A DNA stretch of 63,881 nucleotides, filler included, from Intoshia linei (taxonomy: Eukaryota > Animalia > Orthonectida): NCBI GenBank assembly GCA_001642005.1. It is 7 parts of 7 records of this genome, joined end to end, with 100 filler letters (N's around TTAATTAATTAA, not from the genome) between each part and the next. Parts side by side here need not be neighbours in the genome. Positions count along the whole stretch, not along the records: positions 1 to 3,071 come from LWCA01002157.1; positions 3,172 to 4,750 come from LWCA01002744.1; positions 4,851 to 27,358 come from LWCA01000590.1; 4 more parts are not named here. One strand, given 5' to 3'. The translations under genes and the position numbers were made by a program. Below, piece by piece: positions 1 through 12,400 of this stretch (the stretch's first letter is position 1; each line of letters begins with the position of its first letter). The notes beneath the pieces are model-generated. The model was not told the origin of the DNA, searched no databases, and saw only the letters and a list, made by a program, of their open reading frames with translations.

Positions 1-1499
1 TTATGTGCAGTGGAATCATTTATTAAATCTATTACTTCATTCTGTATTTTATCTAGAATTGATTCTATATTGAGTGAAGAAGAAAATGGATTACGAACTA
101 AACTTGCTTCTATTTCGTTTAGCTCAGGAAAATATTTGTTGAATTGAATTTGCAGAGATTTCAAATGATCACTTATTTCATTTTTTAAACGTTCATCGAG
201 ATTGTTATTATGTTCCATAATTAAATATGATTAATTATCAAACATAGCCGCAATACCAAGAATAATTTTATGATTCCAATTTTTTAATTTAGCCACAAAA
301 GCACGCAAATAATCCTCAAATTGGAGAATATTTGCGTCTCTTCCCTGTAATGTCAAGTTGAACTTATTAATAATCCAAAAATATCCGATAAATATGCAAC
401 CTTTTCTATCCATCTCTGATCATTAAAATATGAGACAAAATTATGCTTACGTTTTAACTCAAGCAAAATTTTAATCTCATTTCTTAATTCAAAAAATCGA
501 TTAATAACATTTCCCTTTGATAACCATCGAACAGGTGAATAGAAAAGTAACACTTGATGTTCCGAATTCATTTATTTAAGCACTAACTTTAATATAATTA
601 AGAATGGCAACAATTGAATCTAATGTTTCACGTAACTCTATTGAAAGAGTTTTACAAGCCAAAGAATACCGATGAATCATACAATGAACACCTATAACTG
701 CAGGAGATAATGCCTTATTTTTGATTTGAAAACCAGATTTAGATCCAAGCATTGATGGTGCTCCATCAGTGCATATACCACATACTTTGGTCCATTCTAA
801 GCCTCCTTCTGTAAAAAATGTATCGATGTTTTTAAAAATATTTATAGTTTTTGTATAGATTTGGAGCTCACTAAAGAACAAAAATTCTTCCTTAAATGTA
901 TTAAATTTAATATATCTAACAAAAACCATCAATTGACAACCTGAACTCACATCAGTTGATTCATCAACTTGTATTTGAAAATAATGGCGAACTTTTTATT
1001 TCTGTTAATACCTGTTCTTTTACATCTAAAGACATGTCTGATATACGTCTTTGTATAATGTTATCAGATAAAGATAACTTTGCAATTTTTTTTATCATTT
1101 TCTTCCCCAAGAACCAATGTTACCAATATTTTTATAACGCAAAGTTTTACTATTGTTTCTCCAATTATGTGACTTTTTTTTGTTGTGCTATAATAAGTGC
1201 AACTTCATACGAGGCTGATAAAACGGCAGACATTGGTAGACAAAAATTATTTTTCACAACTTGCTTTTGATAAATAGTATCGACTTTTTGACGTTGAAAG
1301 AATGATACATCTTTATAACTATGTTCATGGTGTTTTGTATTTAAATTTCGCTTAATTTTAAAAGGTTTCATAGATTCAGCACTTAAAATAGTGTTGCATA
1401 AAACACATTGTGGTTTCACAACACTACTTCAATCACAATATTTGTAAAACCAAATTTAATATAATCTTTGGTAAATTTACGTTTTTTTATATTAGACAC
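1..1499 (-). pseudogene. Degraded hAT (Buster/ZBED5-SCAND3-like) transposase
   Basis: Consecutive frameshifted ORFs give KKRKFTKDYIKFGFT..KPQCVLC..LSAESMKP (BED finger), QLMVFVRY..EEFLF, CTDGAPSMLGSKSGF, HCMIHR, VRWLSKGNV and LQGRDANI. The element runs off the window start. Confidence 0.9.
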
Positions 1500-1974
1500 A
1501 ATAAAATACACTAAAAATCAATATTATAAGTATAATAACAATGAAAATACAATTATTTGAAAGGATTTAAAAGAATTAAAAACAAATAAGTAAATTAAAA
1601 ATAACGATAATGTAAAAATAAAAATGTATCAAAATAGAAAATTGTTTAGGTACCATTTTACCGTAAAATAAACATTTTATAGGTTTAAATTAATTTAAAT
1701 TAACATTACATTATTACAATAATAATAAGTAATATTATTTTATCTATAATTAAATTTTAATTAAAGTTCAATTAAGTTGAATTTAAAAATAAAATTATAA
1801 AAATATAATTCAGTTCAAATAGCTAAAACAAATTTTAAATTGAAATACAGAATGTATAAATATTTTCGTAATATTGTATTTAAATAAAAAAAATANAGAA
1901 TGTATAAATATTTTCGTAATATTGTATTTAAATAAAAAAAATAATGTTAATTTATAAAATAATAATAAAATAAA

Positions 1975-2972
1975 TCAATTTGTGGTTTTGCCCTGAAGAT
2001 ATACAGTGCGTTCCAAGTTATTATGCAAACATTAAAAACATTAATAATTTAAAAATTAGTCACTTAATTCTCTTAATTTTTTTATCATATTTATATATTC
2101 AATTAATAATACTTTAACGTCCCAAGAAAAATGTAATGTAATAGGTAAAAATTACATTTGAAAATTTTATCTTCATGTAATTTTTAGCCCAGGATAGTCG
2201 TAATTCTAGGTTTCGTTTGGTTAAACCTGGTTTACCTTTAGCATTCCTGATTTTACTAACCGTTTTTAATATTTTGCATCTTGTAGTTTTGGGTATATCA
2301 GTTAATCCTGATGATTTAAATATCTCTAGAGAAGTGCTAAGAGGGTTTCGAACCATTTCTAGTTTAATATGGGATATATCTTTCACAGATACTCCTTTCA
2401 ATGACCCCTTTGTTTTTCTTTTTTTCTTATTGGAAAGGTTTTCTATATATCAACGGATTGTGCGATGAAGACGTTCTAAATTTGAAGCTATTTCATTTAT
2501 CGATATTCTGTTATTCAACATTTTAAGGATTTTATCCTTTTCGTCAACAATAAGTGATGTTGAAGTACCCATAATTATCCTAAATTTTGATTAGCATAAT
2601 AATTTGGCACAGCAAAAATTACCCAAAAATATGAAATTTTAAATATAATGCTTTTTTGGAAACGTTTGTTTACTTAATGTTTGCATAATAACTTGGAACG
2701 CAGTGTAATTATTTTAAATTTAAATTTATGATAATGTTTAGCATTTTAAAATCCGTATAAGCGTATATATTTTTATAAATTTTCCATCTCGTTTGATTTT
2801 ACAAAAAAAAAACAACTGGAGTTTTTGACCCGTAAGATGTGAGTTTGAAAAATTGAAATTTATCTTATTATTACCCCGGACAAAACTGTAATTGAAATGT
2901 GGACCTTATAAAATTCTAAGACTGGTAGTTATTGAAATAAAATAACACACACAAAAAAAATATTGCGTAGCA
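1975..2972 (-). mobile_element. Non-autonomous Helitron family fragment (5' part), interrupted by a Tc1 element
   Basis: Reverse complement of the repeat at 26269-26600 and 49339-49650 (atgctacgcaatattt..gtcttagaattttataa..cttcagggcaaaacc). The sequence resumes exactly after the Tc1 insertion. Confidence 0.75.
2004..2705 (-). mobile_element. Internally deleted Tc1-family DNA transposon
   Basis: 32-bp TIRs CAGTGCGTTCCAAGTTATTATGCAAACATTAA (2004-2035 and 2674-2705, 1 mismatch), with TA on both sides. Transposase N-terminus from ATG 2572 (paired-like HTH, one premature TGA) to NVIFT; the DDE domain is deleted. Confidence 0.92.
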
Positions 2973-4750
2973 TCGATTTAGGATTCCGATTGATATCAGA
3001 TTATCGTCAGCTGATGAGTCACCTTTAAATGTTTATGGGAAAATTAAAATGACCAGTGACAATAATATTGTNNNNNNNNNNNNNNNNNNNNNNNNNNNNN
3101 NNNNNNNNNNNNNNNTTAATTAATTAANNNNNNNNNNNNNNNNNNNNNNNNNNNNNNNNNNNNNNNNNNNNATTACAGCAGCCATACTGGCAAGTTTAAA
3201 CTATACGTATAAACTCGAACCAACGACTGTACAATTATATACCGCTAATGGTTCCATATTAAAACAACGGAATTGCAACTTTACTTATTAACAATAAAAT
3301 TCTCAAATTTTATGTAGTGAATACTGAAACAAATATAATGGGATTACAAGACTCCGTAAAATTAGGATTTATCATTATTCCTAAAATAAATTTAATAAAT
3401 CAATGCAATGATTTCTACAAAGTATCAAAATCTTTTCTCTAGCGTGCCGGCCTTTTTCAAGGGTACCGAACATAAAATCGAGTTAAATGATGAAAAGAAA
3501 TTAATTAAATGTCAAATATTTCCAATACTAATAAATTTGCGCGACATCGCTACCTCGATGATCAAAAATGATATAATCGAACCCATCGTTTCACAATACA
3601 AATCACCATTTTTCTTGGTACCCAAAGGCAAGGATAAATATCTTTTCGTGGTGGATTACCGACATCGTTACATCAAGGTATGGGAGCAACCTTACGGCAA
3701 GGCAACCATGTCATAGCATACTCAAGTAAAACTTTTAATACAATACAGGTACGATACAGCACCGTAGATAAAGAACTTTTGGCAATCGTTTGGGCTATCG
3801 AAAAGTTTAAATACTATCTTTATGGTCGTCATTTCACTGTAATAACTAATATAAACCCCCTCGTCCACATTCGACAATCTAAAAACCCTACAAACCGTCA
3901 ATTTCGGTGGATCGAAGGATTGGAACAATTTGATTTTACAATTAACTACAGGCCCGGTCATTTAAACGACACAGCCGATATANTTTTGTTTGTCTGTATG
4001 TTGTGTAACACAACATGTGTTATCGTTTATTTCAATAACTAAAAGTTTAAAATGTAATACATTAGTACAACATTTTTGAGGTGACGAGTATAAAGAGAGT
4101 ACCATTACCAAAATAGCCATATAAACGTCCAAACTTATTTTTTAATGTTTAGATAGATATAGATAAAAATAGATAAAGAACTTTTGGCAATCGTCTGGGC
4201 TATCGAAAAGTTTAAATACTATCTTTATGGTTGTCATTTCACTGTAATAACCGATCACAACCCCCTCGTCCACATTCGACAATCTAAAAACCCTACAAAC
4301 CGTCAATTTCGGTGGATCGAAGGATTGAAACAATTTGATTTTACAATTAACTACAGGCCCGGTCATTTAAACGACACAGCCAATATATTATCACGTCCTG
4401 AATTTACTAACGCTATTGTACAAAATGCTGACGTATTCAATTGGAAACATGGCCAATCGAAAGATACAGATTGTATCGAAGCCGTAAAAATACTATCACT
4501 GAACAAGAAATTGCCTAAATCAAATAAATATTAATTAAAGGCTGAAAATGGACTCCTCTATTATTCAAGACAAATTACTTCCAGTCATAGCCATGTCAGA
4601 CATTAAATATTATTAACCATTATCATCGATCTAAATTTTATTGTCACGCCGGCGTAACTAAAATTCACAATCTCATTCGATATTTATATTTCTGGCCTTA
4701 TATGTACAAGAATCTCAAGGAAGAAATTGCAAAATGCGACAATTGTAATA
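2973..4750 (+). mobile_element. Gypsy/Ty3 LTR retrotransposon pol remnants (protease-side, RT start, RNase H twice, integrase HHCC finger)
   Basis: HKIEL..IIEP..SPFFLVPKGKDKYLFVVDYR; VIAYSSKTF..YSTVDKELLAIVWAIEKF..FTVITDHNPL..RW..YRPG..N..AD; H..HAGV..FWPYMYK..CDNC at ~4624-4750. LTR-end/PBS-like tacaaca-tttttgaggtgacgag at 4066-4088. Confidence 0.9.
3073..3171. other. Assembly gap with TTAATTAATTAA linker (also 4751-4850, 27359-27458, 34853-34952, 61368-61467, 62535-62634)
   Basis: N-run, TTAATTAATTAA, N-run, ~100 bp each. The linker has stops in all six frames and is artificial. Confidence 0.95.
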
Positions 4751-4850
4751 NNNNNNNNNNNNNNNNNNNNNNNNNNNNNNNNNNNNNNNNNNNNTTAATT
4801 AATTAANNNNNNNNNNNNNNNNNNNNNNNNNNNNNNNNNNNNNNNNNNNN

Positions 4851-5373
4851 TTGTAAACGTTTCAAACAATTATAGGCACTGGTTTTTGAACAGCTGGTAA
4901 CAATAGAAAGCGATTGATATGTTTGAATTAGAGATTTCTTTAATTCACTTTTTATTTGATTACTATCAACAATTGAATGTTCACCGGAACGTTGGAAATC
5001 CATTAGGGTGTAGTTTTCATTTCGAAATTTTTTAAACCATCTTTGACATTTTCTGTCATTTAAAACATCCTTACTATACACAGCACATATATTTTTGGTA
5101 GCTACCACTGCACTAAGGTCCTTAAAGTACTTATACATTAAAATATGACGTAAATGTCCCTCAAAATCATTAAAATATTTAAATGTCTAATCTATATCTA
5201 AATGGCCATTGAATAAATGTAGATTTAAATAAATTACATTCTCATCTGATGTGCTCGTACACATGATTGTTAAAAAATATTTTATATTTGAAAATATATA
5301 AAATCTTATCGGTTATATAGCGTTTCTAATCAATTGTATCCATAAAAACGACATAACTTTGTGAATCACCTAA
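4851..5373 (-). mobile_element. mariner transposon 5' half (HTH region), cut by a gap
   Basis: HLRHILMY..ATKNICAVY..RKCQRWFKKFRNENYTLMDFQRSG (Mos1-like HTH). TIR TTAGGTGATTCACAAAGTTATGTCG ends at 5373, followed by TA. Confidence 0.88.
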
Positions 5374-5380
5374 TATTTAT

Positions 5381-5920
5381 TAGGGGTGTGAATTTTTTTA
5401 CTTTTTTGCGAAAATACGAAAGTGCCACCCCATACGTTAAAGATGGGGTTGAATAATACACAATTATCAAAAAATTATATAAAAAGGATTAAAAAAAACC
5501 CTGGGGCAAAGCACTTCAAAATATGAATAATGAGCAAAATTTAATTTATTTTGTATACTAAATTTTATCGTAATAATTATTTCCATAACAATAATATTCA
5601 ATTTATATTTTTTTTATATTTATTCAGTTTTCTCATTGGAATCAGTTTTTTTATCAATTTGGTGTTCATGATTCGCTAGACGATAATTTTGCGCATCTTT
5701 ATAGCTATTTGTATAAAAAATTTTATATTTAAAATAATATTTTTAAGATAATTGTCATATATTTGTTACTGTGAGCGATACATTATTCAAAACTTTAGAG
5801 GCGATGCCCCAGGGTTTTTTTAACTGTTGAGAGGTAAGATTGGGTGCAAATTGAATATTTTCCAAATGTTCATATGGTGAAAGGGTGCACTTTTGATATA
5901 AAAAGTCTTTCACACCCCTA
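5381..5920. mobile_element. hAT-type MITE (TAGGG termini)
   Basis: Perfect 12-bp TIR TAGGGGTGTGAA/TTCACACCCCTA. Flanks atatttat/ctatttat (7/8 TSD). Internal inverted aaaaaccctggggc/gccccagggttttt. Confidence 0.8.
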
Positions 5921-6499
5921 CTATTTATATTTGTTAACTATTTTTTTACATAGAAAATTCGTGCTAATTTAAATTAAATTGAGTTTAACAAAAAAATCTG
6001 AATTAAATTTGTTTATAGTTTTTGAACATATATGTTCCACTTTAATAGTTAATTTACTAACATTAATTAATGTCGAAAATGATCTTTCAGGTTCAATGGT
6101 CATTATTATACCGTTTGATTCAACTACAACAATTTATTAACACGACAACGGATTATTAAAATTTTCAATTAACAATTTGAGAAATCATGAAATGAAAACT
6201 TTAAACTTCAAGACGCGGGGGTTTTTTTGGATAAAATTTAAAAATATTAATATTATTCTGCAGCAAATTAAGCGGCGTTCATTTTCTATATATGTCATTT
6301 TTATATTACAAAAATATGGAATAGCCCTATTGTACAATGTACATGAAATGATATTCTTGTTTGTTTTAGATGTCATTCAAATCATGGTACAATTTTAAAT
6401 TTCATAGATACATATAAAATTTATTTTCAGCCATAATAATATAAAAATTAATAATATTATTTATTAAGAGAATATAAAACAAATATTTTGGTAGTCATT

Positions 6500-9400
6500 T
6501 TAATCAGTGTTTAAAATCAGAGCTACTCCCTGCAACGTCCAATGACTTTCATGCTGAGTTGTATTCAAAAATGCTTCAAAAACCAATCCTACGCCCATAG
6601 CATTCCGTCTTTCCGAAGTCACGTATACTGGTACAAGGTAGGTATTCTAAATAAATAAATTACGATAATAAAAAATAAGTATTGAGTAACGACCTGGATT
6701 ATACTACTTACATTTACAATTGTTAATATAATTTATTTTTTTTATAATATACATTATATTATTATTTAATATAATTTTGTTAATAAAACAATATAAAACT
6801 GTAAAAAAACAAATACATATAAAAAATGTGTAAAAAATTGTTATAAAAATATTTATATTATAACGCAAGCAGCATAATTGACACCCCTGAATAAGAAGAA
6901 AATAAATTTTTTTACGTATCTAAAACTTTTAATTTGAACCGAAAAAGATTTAGTATAATTATGATACTAGTCATTTTAAGTTACTATTTAACGGAATTTT
7001 TGTACTTGAGAAAAATTCAAAGTCCGTTAACGAGGAATTCCGTTAAATAGGAATTAGCCTGTATTTATATATACAGTTATATAATATATTTATGTATATT
7101 AGAAAAACTTGCACATTTATTTTATTTTATTTTGTAATTATTATTAAACTGAGCTATTCCTGTAGGCAGATTTCAGTTTTTGAAAAATGCATACCAAGAT
7201 TTACAAAAATATTAAAAATATAAAATTACTTGTAGTTTGATTTTATGGGTTTCAATCGGAATAATTTTCATAATGGGTAATTTTTGAATTAATTTTTTAG
7301 GTTTTTGTTTGATTAAACAGCTATTTTTCGTATCCCACATGGCTCCCTCCAAATATATACCAGAAACAAAACATCCTATGAATAAATTTACTTTTTTAAA
7401 ATTGAAAAAACCTTGAAGTGGTCGTTCTGTAACTTCTTCAGAATCTTCATAATACGTCATAGTTGTAAAAAGTGCACATTTATCAAGTGACCATCCATTT
7501 TTACGAGATACTGATTGAATCATAGCGGTAAGATATGATTCTGGTATATGCAGTCCCGACAACCATATAATTGCTGGTTCATTTTCAGTTACCTAATAAT
7601 TAGTATATATTATTATAAGTATATAGTGATTATTAAGTATTATTATTAACCCGTACGAAAATTATCAAAATTACAAAAAATGATTATTGTGATAGAGCTT
7701 ATTCCAGTTGATATAAATACAAAATTTCAAATTCTCATTTTCAAAACATTTTTAATAAAATTTAAATAAAAATTACAACGAAACTAAAAGTAATAAAACT
7801 TTGTTAATATATAGAATTTATTTTTTTCGTATAATAAAAATGTGCCCTCGGTAGAGCTAGGTTGTTTGTACGCAGTACATAACAATCAACCTAATAAATT
7901 GTAAAAATTTTAGTAATCATTTTTGTGACACAATCATGCAACTTGGCTTTATACAGTTTTAGTAGTTTTAGATTTATAGTTTTTATTTAATTTTTTGAAA
8001 AACTAGCCACTTTAGAGTAGTTAGAATGATAAAAAATAATTTTAACGCAAAAAATATAAGCATTCATTGTTAAAAATAACTTTTGATATATTATTAACAA
8101 TAATAATATAAGAACTAATCAAAATTTAGAAAAATCAATAACCAAAAATAATAATAAATTAATGTACATGATATGTTAATAACGTAATATCAATATATTA
8201 AGCCAATTTTATCTTTGAATCGCTGGCTGTACGTAGTTAGTTGAACATAAAGTTTCTACCTATTAAATTATGCAAGATGGTGTACAGTAAAAATTTAGAT
8301 AATTTGTCACACCGTGCTTACAACATTTCAATCCTAAACTTATCTAAAAAACACTACAAACCTAGTATACATAAAATATGAAAATTAAACAAACCCAATA
8401 ATTATATTGATCAAATCGTTTAAGAAAATGAGTAATCCATGATCCCAAATTTTTAAGCGTTGCCGGAGCCAATTTCTTCCATATTGTAGGAATTTGTCCA
8501 TTGAATAAACTGTTGGCCACGTCATCCAACTCAGCAGACATACCAACCTCTCCAATCAAGGCCTGGAATGTAAAAATAAAAATAGATTAATGATTAAAAT
8601 TACCTTCTGCAACAAAGATAATGAAGTTATCATTTTATTTAAAAGTTTATTAAACCTTTCCAGTTCTTGAAATAATACAACCATAGTAGGTGAAATATTA
8701 ATACCACTTGCTTTATGTAATTTAACAATATCAAACAATTCAGGTAATTTATCTTGAATTTCACTGCCAATTTTGGAAATGAAATCATCACGACTAATAC
8801 TATTACCACTATCATTGGTTTTTGGTTGTAATTCAACCAATTGACTCCACATACTTTTTGCAGCTTGAGTGTAATACCCAATTTCAGCATTGGCGTGAAG
8901 TCCAAACACTTCTGGTGTATTACCGAGAGGAAGGCTTTCAATATATTCAATATATACTTTCATATTTGATGATAATTCTGGGATATAATAATCAAAATTA
9001 TTATTCTTGAAAAAATGAAAAGGTTGGAATGTATCAAAAATAAAATCACCCATATATTCATCCATATAGCACTTTAAAATTCGTCTATCATAATTATCTA
9101 TAGCACGTCCACCATACATCACCTCTCCAATTAAATATTTTAAACTTGCCCAAGGAATGCGTTGATCCTCATTTTCAATAGCTTTATTTAAATATGTTAT
9201 TAATATGCCGTGACAAACATCAAGATCGGAATCATTAAAATCATAACTAATATTCCAACCAATCTTTCCATATTTTCGTCTTTCTTGTACAACAGCATGG
9301 AAAAATGTTAAAACAAACAGTATTGATGGGAAAGCTTCGTGATTACATTCAGCTTTCGTAGAATGTGTAATTCTGAAATATGTATTTCTCATGTTTAATT

Positions 9401-12400
9401 TTAATCCGTTTGGAGGTTCGGTAACAACCTAAATTGAAAAGTAATAATATTTTTAGTCAAAATAAATAAATATAAAAAATTACTTTTAATGATTGCTGTA
9501 AAATTCCAATGGGGAAAGATTCTACAGGTTCAGTAGTTAACCACAAACGAAAGTCCGGATGTGTTTTTGTTAATTTTTCCAATTCCTTTTCCAATGAATA
9601 CAACCATTTTACCAATAAATGACAATTTTGTAAAAGTAACCAATTTCCACGAGAAATACACATTTCCAATAATTGAATTGCCAACTTTTCTTGTCCTTGG
9701 CCCAATGACAATACCTTTACCTTATTCACTCCAAAATCTATTCTTTCAGCTAGTTTAAAGAGATCAGAGGTTGGATCAGACCCTGCACTCAATATAAATA
9801 TAATTGGAGTTGTCGGCGAAGATTGTTCATAAATTGATTCAAAATTGATTATTGGCGGTGTCACAAAACGTTCGCCCAAAATATCAGATACATATACTGT
9901 TACAGCACGATATACGCGATCGATCCGAATACATCGCAATATCATTAATTTCTGAAATTGTGATAAGTTTGCTTCGTAAGGATTTGGTAAAGGTGTCGAT
10001 TCTGGAGCTTCCGAATCATACCACTAATATAAATAGATTTAAATATATCTGAAATATCTAATCACAATGCCGTAGAAACCATTAATTTAGAAGAAGTATC
10101 ATTAATTTTATGTTTTGAATTTTTTACGTTATGTGAACGAAAACTGAAAATTCATTAAATTTTTTAAACTACTTTTACTAACAATTGAAAAAAGTACTTT
10201 GTGAGTTTTTTATTATGTAAAACTAAGTACTTAGTACTTACTAAGTTTCTAAAAAAATTAAGTTGAACACACAAGTCTATAATATATGCATAAACGGATA
10301 TACCAATCATTTTTTTGTAATTACCGTTTTCCATTCGATTAAGTTTTCTTCAATATTGTCACAAATTGAATTAAAAACATTTGGAAATGATCTCTGTAAT
10401 TCTATTATATCTTCCCAGCCCTGCTCACTTATCCATGTTATAGTTTTTTGACGAGAACTCTTTTCCAATGCTAAATTTCCCTAAAATATTGAAATATATA
10501 TTTGATTCATAAATGATAAATTATTCATATATACATGTAATTAATTATTCCAAACAGGATGGTGAAAAATTCAGAAAACTATCAGCACGTACCTGATCTT
10601 ACCGATCTTGAAATCTACCTCTACGAGAGTCTGAATTTTTTATCAATAGGGAAATGCAAACATAAACATCAAATGTGAAAAAATATTTTTAAAATTAGAG
10701 CTTAACGGAATATGCATATTTGATGAGGTCTAATATAGATATTAAATTCACTACCTTTATGAAAAATTGCAATTCTTCTGTCGAAATATTGTTATTATTC
10801 AATTCAAATTTGATAGCAATCTGAAGCGAAAAAAGTAATTTATGCTTCTCAAATATTCCTAGCAAATAATTATAATATGAAAAAATTGATATTATATCAT
10901 TAAAAAGTACCAGTGCAGCCATAATTGTATATATTAAATGTCAAGGTATCCATAATATTATTCAATCTGTTATTTAAGAGTGTGTCCGGCATTGATCGTT
11001 TCAGAGAAAAACGGAATACATTGAGATAAGCTGATAAAGAATATTGGTACATGTTATTAATAGAGGATATCTCATATAATACAAAAAATAGTATTGCACC
11101 GCGTTTAGCTACTACTCGATAGTCGTCTCTCATTATATCAATTTCTTTAGCTGTTTTTGATCCAAGTTTTAATTTTTCAGACACCTCTTTAGCTTTTGAT
11201 TTTGTTTCTTCCAGGGTTGATATTAATTCCACATTGTCCAACATGTTACCCGTAGTAGCAGATAATTCTCGTAACAATGAATCCTCCAAATCTTTCAATA
11301 GTCTCTTATTATGACTAGTATTATAAATTAAAACTACATTTAAGACATGAATATTATTATTTATTGAACATATCTAATATATATTTTGATTTAATATAAT
11401 TACATTATTTGACATTTCTCAGAATACCGTAACTAAATACCGTATGACATTAATCAATATGTAATTTATGTATTGTGCTGCATATAATACATAGTTGGCG
11501 TTTGTAATTGTGTTTAATTTGGCTTTGAAAACCCCCTATTCTGGACATTTGCAACTTTAACATCAATTTAAAAAAACTCTGGACGTGATTGAAAAATAAT
11601 ATTGGTATTACGTCGACCAGCTCATTGAAACGAAAAAGATGATTATTCATCATACTTGAATTTTTTTGGTGTTGGATTGTGTTATCATATATCCGTTAAA
11701 ATTTATATTAATTTGATTTAATAAAAGTAGACAACAGATTAATATAAAACGATTCAAATCGAACAAAATGATGTGAGCGAACTTTCCTTATTCATGTAAT
11801 GATCATGATGGGAACCCTCTATTCCTAAATTTCTTTTATCTGAATAATATCAGGAATTATGAATGTATGATATGAGGAAAGTACAACATTTTGTAAATTT
11901 TTTTCGATAATAATGTTCTAAATAATATTTGGGACACTCACTAAAATATTCTTTTTTTAATTCAACAAAAAGTGTCAAAAGTTCACGCCTTAATATATTG
12001 TATTTATAAGCCTCACGGGAATAGAAAGTAAATTGATGCACTCTGGTGAACCAATGAAAATAAACAATTCTACCCTACTAATATATAAATGTATTTATAG
12101 CCGTGGTTGTCAAACGATGTTTATTTAAATGTCATCTTTTTTACAATTTTTACTAAAATTACAAAAAATTTTACATGTACTAAGTAAATAAAATATTTTG
12201 ATTGTTAATTACTTACAAATACGAACAGGACTTTCAGAAACAGAGATTTAGAATATAGTAGTATAGGTCCTACCGGTATACACTGTATAGTATACAACAG
12301 TGGTTCTCAACGTGGGCGTTTTAAAAAGATTGAGAACTCCTCGTATACATTATAAACTAGGACAGTGGTGAATCGACCATAACCGAGACTCCTCTTCAGG

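Noticed and set aside
1849-1943. Exact 47-bp tandem duplication separated by one n
   Set aside because: Typical unmerged contig overlap.
3116-3127. TTAATTAATTAA palindrome repeated six times, always inside N-runs
   Set aside because: Artificial gap linker with six-frame stops, not biological.
6984-7050. 15-bp inverted repeat CTATTTAACGGAATT
   Set aside because: Probably a small MITE remnant, but the left terminus and TSD cannot be defined.
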